Under the pieces are notes generated by a model that worked only from the letters and a program-made list of their open reading frames with translations, did no database searches and had not been told where the DNA came from. A stretch of DNA of 62,721 bases, the filler included, from Sphacelaria rigidula (lineage: Eukaryota), in the NCBI GenBank assembly GCA_964200075.2. It is 6 parts of 6 records of this genome, joined end to end, with 100 filler letters (N's around TTAATTAATTAA, not from the genome) between each part and the next. Parts side by side here need not be neighbours in the genome. Positions count along the whole stretch, not along the records: positions 52,353 to 62,721 come from CAXNAA020006634.1; 5 more parts are not named here. The stretch is one strand, 5' to 3'. Position 1 is the first letter of the stretch, and each line of letters starts with the position of its first letter. The translations under genes and the position numbers were made by a program. Positions 62,361 through 62,721 of this stretch are shown piece by piece.

Positions 62361-62721
62361 GTGAAGTTGGAGTACAAGGTCCCACATGGTACGGTGCGGG
62401 AGGCCCAAACGCTGTGTACGACCCCCCGACGCCTGGCAACTACTCCCGGGTAGTGGACTTGCCGACGTTTTTTTACTGAATGCGGGTACTTGCAGTCCTT
62501 TTGTGGGGCATGGTTTAGCCCCCCCGCCACTTTTTTTCCGTGTACCGCCACGGGGTGATGAGAGTTTGGGTCTCAAAAACTAACGTCCGGGAGGTGTTTT
62601 TCATCGTAGCCTACGGACGAGCTGCGTCGCTAGGGCTTTGATACATATAATTAATATGACCCGTTGCGGCAACCAAACACATGGCGGCGCAGAGATCGGT
62701 GGTTGGCCGGCCTAGAAAGGG

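Overview
This is repeat-rich eukaryotic nuclear DNA, most likely from a brown alga (Phaeophyceae). The assignment is inferred from GC-rich spliced exons, long TE-filled introns, flagellar genes, a GH114 gene and a plastid-like insert. It is not one locus. Six contigs (1-10372, 10473-20843, 20944-31313, 31414-41783, 41884-52252, 52353-62721; 10372 down to 10369 bp, i.e. size-sorted) are joined by 100-nt N/TTAATTAATTAA/N spacers, so adjacency across spacers is meaningless. Genes rebuilt by hand from GT-AG exons, all partial: (1) 3' half of a TTLL4-like tubulin glutamylase with a very long disordered tail; (2) CFAP20/BUG22, whose introns hold a tRNA-Arg(CCT), a nested transposon stack and a probable plastid insert with the start of ycf12/psb30; (3) a large low-complexity Ser/Ala/Gly/Arg-rich protein; (4) a divergent ubiquitin-specific protease whose Cys-box and QD-box exons are disrupted while seven downstream exons remain open and in phase, followed by a Helitron-like end; (5) one exon of an RluA-type pseudouridine synthase among fold-back MITEs; (6) three exons of a divergent GH114 glycoside hydrolase. 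The rest is MITEs (Tc1/mariner-, Harbinger-, hAT-like and a 4-bp-TSD type), a tRNA-derived SINE, LINE-like 3' ends and satellites. I found no convincing multi-gene novel system; the best leads are the half-decayed USP (possible mobile-element cargo) and the divergent GH114.
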